A stretch of 64,000 nt of DNA, from positions 18,600,001 through 18,664,000 of the forward strand of contig JAQFVV010000003.1 in NCBI GenBank assembly GCA_028023455.1, written 5' to 3'. A model generated the notes under the pieces. That model ran no database searches. It saw only the letters and a program-made list of their open reading frames with translations, and was not told the origin of the DNA. This DNA comes from Epiperipatus broadwayi (taxonomy: Eukaryota > Animalia > Onychophora). The translations under genes and the position numbers were made by a program. Shown piece after piece: positions 24,101 through 35,257 of this stretch (position 1 is the first letter of the stretch; each line of letters begins with the position of its first letter).

Positions 24101-24182
24101 GAAGCTTTGGAAAGTTTTGTTTAAGATATCATATGATTTGTTTTTTGTTTATGTTTAACTATATTTAGTTTTGTGTTTTCCT

Positions 24183-24280
24183 GAAGGTTTGTGATGATGG
24201 TGTTCTAGCTGTATTTTTATATTAGACCATTCAACACACATATTAGATGATGGAAATAGTCCAATATAAAAATACAGCTA
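24183..24280. mobile_element. PLE-derived hairpin relic
   Basis: 22-bp inverted repeat (24206-24227 / 24259-24280, 21/22). aaggtttgtgatgatggtgt and gatgatggaaatagtccaa resemble the termini of arthropod PLE-derived repeats (from memory). Confidence 0.45.
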
Positions 24281-24448
24281 TATTTAGTTTTGTTTATGTT
24301 ATTAACTTCTTGCCTCTCATATTGACTTTTTATTTATTTGATTGAAATTGCAATTTTCATGATACCTTAAGATTACATATTAATAAAGATTTTTAAAAAA
24401 GTGGAGAATATATTCATTATTATAAAATAAAAAGTAAAGAATTTAAAC

Positions 24449-24552
24449 CGGGAGGGTCCAATCTTTTGTCATCTCTAGACCACATTGGAAGGTGATTGTC
24501 TTGGCCACATATTAAATACAAACACTATTGAAAAGTGATAAGCAAAAAAAAA
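24449..24552. mobile_element. hAT terminal region resembling MER30/Charlie ends
   Basis: gtccaatcttttg..ccacattggaag..attgtcttg.gccaca.at.aaataca.aacact..tgat.agc-A-tract follows the remembered MER30 5' end. The 8-bp flank ATTTAAAC fits a hAT target consensus. Confidence 0.6.
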
Positions 24553-24789
24553 AAGGAGGCAGGCGTAATTTTCATAATATGTGCTACTGCAGATAAGCAA
24601 AAAGTCTTCACATAATAATCCTAATTATGCAGTAGCAGTCTTTTAAAATTGTGAAGCAGTTCCAAAGTTTGTGATCACTGGTATAGAAAATGTACGTATC
24701 TAAATAATAAAATGTCATTGGTGTGTTTTTTTATATATTTTTTTATTATAAAAGAAAAAGAATAACATAAAACTAATGGGATTTTTGAC

Positions 24790-26340
24790 ATTGTATTTAA
24801 GAAACTAATGTATCAGTATCTGTTTTTGACCAAAGTAGTTGCAATTCTCAATGAGTTCTCATGATGCTCATTAGATATTTTGGTTCTAATTTTACTTATA
24901 ATGTTTTCATTTTGGAAAATAATTGCTCACAAAGTAACTGTTGCAAAAAAGTAATGACATGAATAACACATGATTTTGAAGCAAGGGATAGATACAATCT
25001 ACAAAAAATCCAATAAAGAGATACAATCAATTTTTTTTTTAAGTACAATGTCAAGTTGTGGCAATATGCATTGTTTGAAAATTGGCAGGTAATATTTATG
25101 TCGACTGAAAATGGAATTGCAAATAAAACAAAATATTGGTTATTTTCTCAGAAGTCTTGAAACCTATTTTCAAATTTTTGTATTAAAGTAAAAAGCAAGG
25201 AGTTATGTTTAGCCAACATATCAAAGTGCATAAAATTGTTTTAATTTGTGCTTACCATACTTTCAATTTTATTTGGAACACTGCTAAAGTTTGAAACATT
25301 GTATTCATAAGTTAGTTTTCACCTTGAAAACACATTTTTAACTCATTTAAATGAGTGATTATATCCATTAAAAATGCTAAATCTATAAATTAACCTTCAT
25401 CATAAGTTCTAGCACAAATTTGTTTTTTGATACATAAATGATAACATGTTGGAAATCTTGAAATCTTTTCAACATTTGTCCTCAATCATCTTGCTTCTGA
25501 AAAGTAAATGATATCATCAGCACTATAAAGAATTTTCTGGAATTGGAGATGATTAAATCCCTTGACTTTTATGAAATTCACATTCATGACATTATCCATT
25601 TTTAAAGATTTTACACATAAACTCTCTTGATATATTATGCAATGATACTTCATCATGTGAATTTTGGATAGCAATTGCATCATTTCTAATAATTTTACAA
25701 TTTCCTCTTTTACTTCCATGGTACTATTAGTAACTATATCAGATATGTTGACAATGGACGATGAAAATAGATTTAACTTATTTTTTATTGCTTCATATAA
25801 AGCTTTTGATTTAGTTGTGTCTTTTTAATGGCATTAGAGCCATTTTTCCAATGACATTATATTCATCATCAATACCTCTAATAAAAGTGGTAAGTTGAGT
25901 TTTATTCTGTAGCATTAGTACTATCATCCATTACTAAAACAAAATTTTAAATTAGCGGCTTTACTCTCAAAACTTCTTTCGATAGATTTTCCAATTTCTT
26001 CATTTCATTTCACTGCAGTCTGATGAGACAAGCTGATTTTAGAAATATCCTTGTTTAAGAACAAATTATATCTGCTATGCTTTCCATACATTGCATAATA
26101 AAGTCACCATCAATGAATTGTTTTGATTTTTTTGCTATTAAATGTGCCAGCTTGTAACTAGATAACTTTTACAATCGAATCTGCCTGAATTGTGACTTTT
26201 TTGAAAAAAAAATTGTTGAGAAGAGATTTGATCCTTATGACACAATTCTTCATAAACAATTAATTTGGCAGCATGTTTTTGTATGTAATGCCTTTTCAAA
26301 TTACAGTCTTTAAAATCTTGCACAAATTCTCTATACATTA
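24790..26340 (-). pseudogene. hAT (SPIN/Charlie, GTF2IRD2-like) transposase pseudogene
   Basis: NLKRHY..KH (zinc finger), HCIIYQESLCVKSLKMDNVM..VNFI..KGFNH.QFQ, FQIKLKVW and CEQLFSKMK...NSLRIATT (24904-24931) in the correct order, with many stops. Confidence 0.85.
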
Positions 26341-27056
26341 AAGAGAGTCTTACTATTTGCTCAACAAAAAATTAGTCATCTAATTACTTTTCATTGAACA
26401 ATCTTTCTTCAACCATAATTATTTTTTGAGGGGAGGTTCTTTTTTTTTTTTAAATGTTACAGAAACCATGCTAGCATTAAAAAAATAATAATAGATAAGG
26501 GACTTTTGTTATGAAAGTTAATTGACAGGAAAATAGAACTCCTGGTTTAGATCCTTCCACACCTTTCTTGATTGCCATTGCAAGGTGTGATAGAGGGCCA
26601 TATTAAATGCCCTAACTGATCAGAGAAAGGCACATGTACTGTAATACCCAGGGGAATGTGTGTCTGATAGTTGATTTTTCAGCCTATCAAAACAACTGAT
26701 CAGCCAATGAATATTTGCCAGATGGTCACTAACCCTAGTACATAGGATGGTGTGTCAAAGTACTTTTAATAATAAAATAAGAATGCTTACTTGACTTCTA
26801 AATAGGTTCACATTCCTAACATTGCAATAATAGGTTGAAATATTATTGATTACCATAAGCACATGTAATATCTGATGTCAATTCTGTTGCCTGAACTTGA
26901 AAAATAACACGCAGGAAGATACACATCACCATAAAGCTGAAGTTATGCATGCATATAAATAGTGAGAGCATAAGTACACTTTAGTTACTTTGTGACAATA
27001 ATCACACACACACAAAAAAAAAAAACCTCAATATTTTTTTAAGTAAATTTATGATT

Positions 27057-27100
27057 TTATTTTTGGGCTGCATTTATGGCCATCTTCAGCTGCATGCAGC
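27057..27100 (-). ncRNA. Decayed PLE-type minimal hammerhead motif
   Basis: CTGAAGA (plus-strand tcttcag 27083-27089)-T-GGC-loop-GCC followed by CAAAA instead of GAAAC. Confidence 0.3.
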
Positions 27101-28308
27101 CTATTTGTCCTATGGGGTATACATTCTTGATTTAAGCATTTTCGAATTTATTAATTTTAAATGTATTCATAAATTATAAATTTTGTATATAAGTTTAAAA
27201 TAGGAAATTTATTTCTATTTTTAAATTATTCTATATAAAATTTTAATTAAAATGAAATATAATAGTATTTACAAAATATTATTACTAGCAATTTCTTTTG
27301 CAAAAATCAGAATATCTATTTATTTTATTTTTAATCCAAGTTCTAGATAGAAGACATTTTTCTTGGAAGGAGAAGATCAGTAAACTAAATATTAGATTAT
27401 GTAATAATTTGTTTCAAATATTTATTTATAATAACATTGATTCATTAAAATTTAGAAGTGCAAATATACATTATTAACCCACATGACCAAGCTTATGTAT
27501 TCACATGCCAAACATATATCTGTATATACTTGACCAATTTTTTTCATCAGCTGTTGATACAAATTATTTTTTTATAATATAAAGTAGTTTAACTTTTTTT
27601 AGAAAATAAATTTGAAATAATTTATTGAGACAATTCAGTATAAAAATAATATTAATTTGAATTGTATATAAAAAATATTAATGTTGTACTAATCCTGAAA
27701 ATTTTTCTCACTTTATTTTTAAAATGTCTGCACTTGAATTTTCAGTGATTTCTTTATTTTATTTTATTTTTTTAAAAATAGCTTTTATGAAAAAAATTAT
27801 CATAAAAATCAACAACTCTAAAACTATTTTAAAAATGCCATTTTAAAGAAAATGATTATCTATAATATCATATCATACAGGTGTAATACTTACCATTTCC
27901 CCCATTATATATAATGAAAGCATATTTATTTTTTGTTTGGATTTCTGAATGAAGAAAGAAGCCAAAGTTTATTTTTAAAAAAGTTTTAATTTAAAGATTT
28001 TTTAAAAAATGCTCAAAAAGAAAATTATTAAATTGATTCTTTTTTAATTTACACCTTTAAGTGATTAATTTCAAAACTTGTCTATTTGAAGAATTTAAAT
28101 TCAAATAGTTTATTGAAAAAAAATCAGTACTGGTACATTTGGGCACTGGGTTTAAAGTTGCCAAACGTAAACTATGTTCCAATACCCACAAGAATATGAT
28201 ACCTTTCTAATGATAAAGATTGCATGATATTATTCTAAGCATATTATTTTAGAAAATGTAAAAAAATAAAAGTGAAGTTTATGACAAAAGTATATGGTGC
28301 TGATTAGA

Positions 28309-29780
28309 GTGCGCTCTCTGCCATTTTGAATTTTAAGGACCGCCCAAAACCACTCTTGACACATGCAAGTGATAAATGACATCAAATAATCCATACAGAG
28401 TCGCTTGGATGTGTCAGCAGTGTTTTTGGGTGTCCTTCAAAATGGCGGTGAGCACAATCTAGATACTAAAAGATTATAACTTGTAAAATACAAATTTTAT
28501 TACAATAATGATGGCACAAAGCATATCCAAAAAATGCAGAAATCTGATCAAAACAAGCTTATAATTTCAAAATACTAAAAGCTTATAATTTTTAAAATTA
28601 ATTTTTATTACAATATATGCCTATAATCACATGTTGAAATAATGTAAAATGATCAAATCAAGCTTATAATTTCAAAATAATATAAAATGATCAAATCAAG
28701 CTTATAATTTCAATATATTAAAAGCTTATAACTTCTAAAATACAAATTTTATTGCAATATATGCCCATAATCATATGAAATAAAGTATATTAATTTTACA
28801 ATTAATCGGATTTTTTCTTACCAGAAAGAAACTGATGTTGCTATACTTTATTTGCTCCATGTAGTTAGAAAAAAAAAATGGAGATAAGAAAAAATAGCAT
28901 TCACATTTGATCTCCTGACATGGATATCAGATCTACACTGGACCACATGAGATCCTTACAGCCGATTGAAACTGATACAAATTAATATATCTATTCACAT
29001 AATTTTCTATTTAAAATATCGAAGTGATTTTTACCATCAACAAATGAACATGGAAACATGTTTAAAAAAATATTTACAGATTTCAATAAAAATTTGTTGA
29101 TTAAACACTAACATTTCATCTTCATTAGATAGCGTTAGCATCATTAAGAAATTTTTATGAATAAATCTTTCTCATTTAGATTCTTTTTATCTATTCGCCA
29201 GCAAATAACAACGTGTGACAAATGAAGCACACAACATTACTCACTTTGGTAAGACAAAAATCTGATTTATTAATTTTTTATTAATTGTAAAATTAATATT
29301 CTTTACTTTAGGCAATTATTCTTTCGACTAATGTTAAGATAAAAATGTGATTTATTATTAATTGTAGAATTAAGATGCTTCGGCAGTTGTTTCTACATTT
29401 ATTCAACATTTATATTATTTCAGCATATGGTTACAGGTCTATATTGTAATAAAATTCGTATTTTAGAAGTTATAAGCTTTTAGTATTTTGAAATCATAAG
29501 CTTGGATTGATTAATTTTATGTTTATTGAACATGTGATTTTTAAATTAATATATATGTTCATTATTTTATTTTTTTTACTTTTTCTGTTTAAGTATTTTA
29601 AATTTGTATTTTAGAAATTATAAGCTTTTAATATTTTGAAATTTATTTATTCCTTCCATGATGTAAATTGTGATTTTGTAACGAATGATCATATCATGGC
29701 TACTTGTGGATTATTCGATGTCATTTATCACTTAGATGTGTCAACGGTGTTTTTGGGCGGTCCTTAGAATTCAAAATGGC
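28309..29780. mobile_element. Foldback-like element: ~500-bp imperfect inverted arms built from aagcttataatttcaaaata subrepeats, ~420-bp spacer
   Basis: Left arm 28320 to ~28825 and right arm ~29245-29780. The terminal ~75 bp (gccattttgaatt.taaggaccgcccaaaa...) match closely. A third inverted terminal copy forms a mini-hairpin at 28309-28455. Confidence 0.75.
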
Positions 29781-31122
29781 AAAATGTTTTCATTTTTTAA
29801 TAAAGAAGTATTTTTAAATAGCAAAAAAAAAAAAAGATTTTACTTCAACAGGGAATTTTTTTCTTCAGTTTTTGATGACCATATATATGTGTGTGTGTTA
29901 GCTGTAATCAGAGCCCCTTCTATAACTAGGCAAAATATTAATGCTAATCATATATTTGCTTGCTATGATTGAACAATTTAATTTTATCTTCAAATTCAAG
30001 ATTCTAGTACTTAATCAATATTGAAGCACTATAAAAGATCTGATGATAAGCAGCAATAAATTTTGAACAATGATGGATATGGAAAAAGATGATTGCTGAT
30101 CTGCAAAGCCAAGTGATTCTAGTAATTATAACATGAAGTGTTTACAGTAACTAAACATTTCCAGTATTGGTTAATTTTACCAAAGATGCTTGATAAGAAT
30201 AATAAAAAAAACTGACTTCAATGGAACTTTAGGGTAACAGTATATAAAATGCCGTTACATTATTTTAAAATGAAAATAAAAAGATCGTAAATAAAAATTG
30301 ATTTATTAAAAAGAAAAAAACTTAACTTAAAAACTGAAAATTGAAAGTTATATTTAACGTGTATATATATATATCGCACAGATGGGAAACTTTTAAAAAT
30401 GAAACTATTTGAAAGTATTTTTTTTGTAAAAAAAAGTAAAGATGTAAAGATTTGATATTTTTAAAAATAGAAATAGTGTTGATTTCTATAATCTTAGAAA
30501 ATGGAAATAATTGTTTTATTAATTAAATGATTGTTCTATAGCACACTAGTCCTTGGGGCACTTGAATAATTAAATGGTAAGAGAATAAAAAGAAATTAAA
30601 TGACCAATACAAGCACGAAATGACAGCACGGACCGTAAATGAAACACGAGAGGATTAGTGATGTCTTGCTCGTTGAATCTGAAGATTTAATGATAAGAGG
30701 CTAATAAAAGTATAAAACCCCAAATTTTTGGATTGAAGTGGATTATAATTGTTGTTGTCTTAGATGCTGACTATGAAGCTAGATATATGAACCGTAGCTG
30801 TATTGCAGATTTCGCAATGTAGAAGTCTGCAATAAATTTAATTTCCGGACAACCAGCTGAGACCTCTGGATGACAGTTCCTGACCAAATGCATGGCAAGT
30901 AGCGGTTTCATTTCAAAGAAGGACAAAATCTATGAAAGTGATCACAAAGATGGACTTCTAAATCTGCTCAATCCATAACTTATGAACTCTTGTGTTTATC
31001 TAACAGGAACTTTTCCTAAATTTGCATTTAATAGCTGAAAATAAGAACTATCATCTGGCCTAAAATCAATTATTAGTAATTTTTTTGTGCATCTGTTTAA
31101 GCAATCATTTCCATTTCTCTTT

Positions 31123-31144
31123 TGTGTGTGTGTGTGTGTGTGTG
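31123..31144. repeat. (TG)11 microsatellite
   Basis: Read directly from the sequence. Confidence 0.95.
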
Positions 31145-31979
31145 TTATGGGTTAATTAAAATGTATCAAATTAAAGTTGGGTATAGATAGCTGCATGGAT
31201 AAAAATTAATAACTATGTTTAAATTCGGTTATGTTTATTTTAAAGGGTTAATTTCAGGTTATTTGTTTTGTAGTTAGGACAATGCTTGTGGAGGGATATA
31301 TGGGTGTTTATATCAATGTAATGTGAAGTGTGTTTAGCATACAGGGCAACGTGCCCATCTGAATGCATGACCCCAAAGAGGCAGTCATATTGTTGCAATG
31401 GTCGCAGACATATTTCCTGTGCCATTGACCACTTCTAGCTCTATGGACAGGGATTTATAAGTCAGCAGAAAGACCGCTCTCCCCCCATAAAAGTACTCTT
31501 TAATTAATTTATATACGTGATTCCTTCATCAGACAGATGCACATTCCTGTACTGGACAAGGATCATGTCCTTCAAATAATATCATGCTGTTAGATGCACA
31601 TTCCTGTCAGCGTGATTTTATGCTAGCATCTTCATATTACATTGATTGCGACTATATATCTGGAAGCAGGCGTTGGCTTGGCTACGAACTTTTAGTCTGA
31701 GATTGAATGAATGTTTTGATAAGTTTTTAAGTGAAAAATCTATGTAGCCTATCTATACTCAATAAGCTAAAGTAAAATATAATTTAAATGTCCATCTGTG
31801 CGGTCTATTTAAAATAGTAATTTAAATTTAAAAATAAATGTTACAATCTAAATATAAATTTTATTCCTCAATTTTAAATATAAATATTATATATGTTCGT
31901 TAATAAATTTTTTTGTGCATGTTATTACTGGCAGTGGCTTATTTATTAAATATTAATATATTTTAAGTTATATTAAGTT

Positions 31980-33900
31980 TCTGCATCTCCTGGAGCTAGT
32001 GGCAAGGGCAAACGGTCTTAATAAATAAAAGTTGGATCTTTAACAGCACGTATCTGCCTACTCTATAAATTTTCTAGGTTCAAATGGCCTAGTGGTACCC
32101 TGTACAGCAGATACGGAAAGACTTCATTGATCTCCGTCACCCAGACCGTTATATTAGAGAGCATTGGTATAAACATCAAAGTAACTCATGACGTGCGCAG
32201 ATTGCATTCAGCATCTACATTAGGAACAGTAATTACTTTATATCAGACTCATCTGTTATAAGATCTGAGTAATCAATCGAGACTAAATGGTAGCACCTAT
32301 CAAATCATCAGACTGGTTTCTGGTTATTTGCCTTCATCAGTCAGGATTAAAACAATTATAGATTAATAATCTTTGACTCTTTTGGAAAAATGATGCTATA
32401 TATTAAACAAAACAATACATGATTCTTAGTGTACATTCTGACTTATAAATAGAAAGTCATATAACATTATAATACTAGCCAAAATATAAAATTTTACTAA
32501 AAAAATTTTCACAACCATGGTTTCATCTATTAACAAATAAACCTTCTCAAGTGAAATTCAGTTAGACACAAACAACATATATATATATACAAAACAAAAT
32601 AGCCTTCCCATACTTTATTTTAAAAACCAACTACCTTTAACATCAAAGGATCTCTTCATGAGATTTGTCATCTGTGTTTCATTGACTCTTCTTTTTATAT
32701 AAATTTTACAACAATTGTAAGGAATCGTAAACTGTACCAGGAATAGATTTCCATAGTTAATAATGAATTTAAATCCAGGCCATTTTCATACCACCTAATA
32801 AATGACTACTCTTATAAACCAATCTATAAATTGATGACTTGAATGATAAAGAAATTACCTCTTTATCCTCCCTATACTTTATTTTCACTATCAATTAATT
32901 TTTTTATTAATATCAGGCCTATAAATATTTGTATTAAAAATAATATTTCTAATAAATTCATGATCAATATAATTGGAAGCAAATTAACTCCTCTGAATAT
33001 ATGCATTATTTTAAAATTATTAAGTTTTCTATTCCTATAACTGGCCATATCAAATTTTTTAATTTTTTTTTGTTTAATAAATTTTCTACACTTAAATCTA
33101 GACATTTTAATTTAACAAACTCAAAAGTAACCCTCTCAATAGTGAAATTAATATTAGGATCAAAAGCTTTCTGAATAATAAACAAATAATTATCAATATA
33201 TCTAATAAATAATTTTAAAGAAATAAAAATTATTAATAACATTACTCTCTAAAATCGAAGTAATAACCAATAACTCATTCTTCTCTAATCTTTTACTAAA
33301 ATACATAGAATCTTCATAATAATAACAAATCGTGAATAACCTTAATCTTATCTACAAAAAAAATATTCATGTTTTTCTAAAGTAGAAAGGAACACATTAA
33401 TACTTTTTATTCTATCAATTGATTAATACATATTTTCAATATCTAAACTACTACATACACAATCATCCTCTAAAACAAATCCATTTATTTTATTAATACT
33501 TTTTATTCTATCAATTGATTAATACATATTTTCAATATCTAAACTACTACATACACAATCATCCTCTAAAACAAATCCATTTATTTTATTAAAAGATGAT
33601 ACAAAATTGCCTAAATTTATTTAATTTTTTTTTAAAATTTATAAGAAATTTCGAAATTTTATCAACAATCCATCCAACCTATAAAATTAAAACTACACCT
33701 TAAAGAATAATTATCTTTATAATACTTAAGATTAAAGAAACTCTTAGGAGCCAAAAATTATTAGAATAACAACTTGCTCTATCAAAAATGTTTTGATTTT
33801 CCATAATTTCAATCGATTTACATTTAATTTTCTTATCAGGATCAGAATTTAAAATAGATTATTTCCTATTATTTAATTCTAAAGAAACTTTAATTAGCCT
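31980..33900 (-). mobile_element. Decayed 5'-truncated Penelope-like element: RT, GIY-YIG endonuclease and 3' pseudo-LTR with a hammerhead
   Basis: SSLDIENMY (PLE RT D motif), RYIDNYLFII (33186-33203), NINFTIER..LKCLDL, GTVY/TIPYNCCKIYI..R.NE (32696-32738), then a hammerhead on the same strand. 96-bp tandem duplication at 33397-33592. Confidence 0.75.
32299..32350 (-). ncRNA. Type I hammerhead ribozyme (family 2), catalytic core intact
   Basis: AATCCTGA-CTGATGA (32340-32334)-A-GGC-AAATA-ACC-A-GAAA (32320-32317)-CCAG-TC (32312-32311)-TGATGATT. Stem I is 8 bp with two mismatches; stem II has one mismatch. Confidence 0.75.
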
Positions 33901-33914
33901 ATTCATTCTGAGTA

Positions 33915-34304
33915 AATAAACATCACATGACTATGGTTATTAAAGAACCAAAAACACCAAAATGTATGGGTACTGAACTGGGTTCAGACCCATATGACTA
34001 TATAAGCTAATGGGCTTGGATTGAAAACATTAAGGTGTTTTCAGTTTAAGACTCATAGTTTAGTAGTTAAATGGAGATAAAAGGTGGTTGCTGGAGGGTT
34101 GCATTAGATCCTAAGATCTAGATGCACTCAGTGCTCTCAGATCCAAGGCTCCTCACTGACGAAGGCCATAAGCCAGAAAACTAGTCTGGGGATATTGGAT
34201 GAGTAGGCACTACATGGGGATTTTATGCACAAGTCTTCTGGCATCCATTGATTACTCTAACTTGCTGTGTGTGGCAATATATATAGAGAGTTTTGCCTGT
34301 TTTA
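33915..34304 (+). mobile_element. Hammerhead retrozyme-like repeat, locus C
   Basis: Plus arm 33930 to ~34300 is homologous to loci A, B and D, preceded by a 15-bp inverted piece (taaaacatcacatga 33915-33929). Possible degenerate TSD tcattctgagta (33903-33914) / tcattcagaata (34305-34316). Confidence 0.85.
34130..34211 (+). ncRNA. Type I hammerhead ribozyme, best-preserved copy (predicted cleavage after C34186)
   Basis: Extended stem I AGTGC/GCACT, CTC/GAG, ATCCAA/TTGGAT, TCCTCA/TGGGGA with an internal loop; CTGACGA 34156-34162; stem II GGC/GCC with loop CATAA; GAAAA; palindrome ACTAGT; GTC. Confidence 0.88.
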
Positions 34305-34340
34305 TCATTCAGAATACTGAATGATTCTTATATAAATAAG

Positions 34341-34671
34341 TAGAGGGATTTGAATTTAAGATTATCAGTCTATATTCGTTCTCTGCACCATTTCAAATAA
34401 CCTGCATGCACGATCACATATATGGGAAAAAGATAGATGATCCCCAAATATAGGTATTTTATGCAGAACTAGCACTCATCAATTGGGCCAGATCATAACC
34501 TCCCACATATATATATAATCAGTGCTCGGCTTGTATGAGTGCTGGTTTTACATGAAATAGTATATTGGGGATCATCTATCTTTTTTGCATGTATGTGGAC
34601 CTGTATGTTGGTTGTTTGTGATGTAATGGAGGACGAATATAGACTGAAAATCCTAACTTCAAATTCCTATA
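34341..34671. mobile_element. Fully palindromic ~330-bp MITE (TA termini, Tc1/mariner-like)
   Basis: Arms pair over ~140 bp, e.g. tcagtctatattcgt/acgaatatagactga, aaaaagatagatgatcccca/tggggatcatctatcttttt and agcactcat/atgagtgct. Confidence 0.8.
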
Positions 34672-35107
34672 TATACTAAAGAAACTTTATTTTTAAAATC
34701 ACATATTTTTCAGATGAAGGGGGGGGGTCTGTTTAATCAGTTGAATGGGATTGTTATGCTTAGGTTTTCCATTAGTGTGCTCGAACGTCCTTTGACATCC
34801 GGATCAACTGATTATAATAAGTTGACTATTAAAATAAAAGAAAATAAGATTGTTGCAATGTCTCTTTAACTTGTGACTAATTTTTTTCTTTTTACAAATT
34901 ATTCGTTTTTGGTTGTCTAATTTAATTTTAAATCTTGATTTAAAAAAATATCGGGCAAACAATTACACTACTGAGTAAGAGGGACAAAGCTTCGGGCTCT
35001 GTTTCATGAGCCGTTATACCAAAAAATAAAAAGCTCATACGGGATCGGTTTAGATTTAATGTTGGTTGCTATGAACTAATATACAAATACACTCGTCATC
35101 TTTTTTC

Positions 35108-35257
35108 TTGCATATCTGTGTGTATGTGTTTGCAATTATAATTAGAAGTTACTCATAAATGAGTGTGACCATTAAACCGATTTTTTTTTTTTTGCATAAC
35201 TGTGTGTATGTGTTTGCAATTATAATTAGAAGTTACTCATAAATGAGTGTGACCATT
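35108..35257. repeat. Near-perfect 66-bp duplication, period 84
   Basis: ttgcata.ctgtgtgtatgtgtttgcaattataattagaagttactcataaatgagtgtgaccatt occurs twice. Confidence 0.9.

Noticed and set aside
26020-26050. CTGATGA...GAAA as a hammerhead
   Set aside because: No stems I-III; lies antisense within the hAT transposase. Lone CTGATGA hits at 14731-14737 and 31526-31532 were rejected for the same reason.
26700-26745. Right TIR of the hAT element (ggtcactaacccta)
   Set aside because: Poor match to the left end and no 8-bp TSD matching ATTTAAAC, so the right boundary is left undefined.
30720-30900. Further PLE-derived fragment
   Set aside because: Only a vague resemblance to remembered PLE termini; no hammerhead core.
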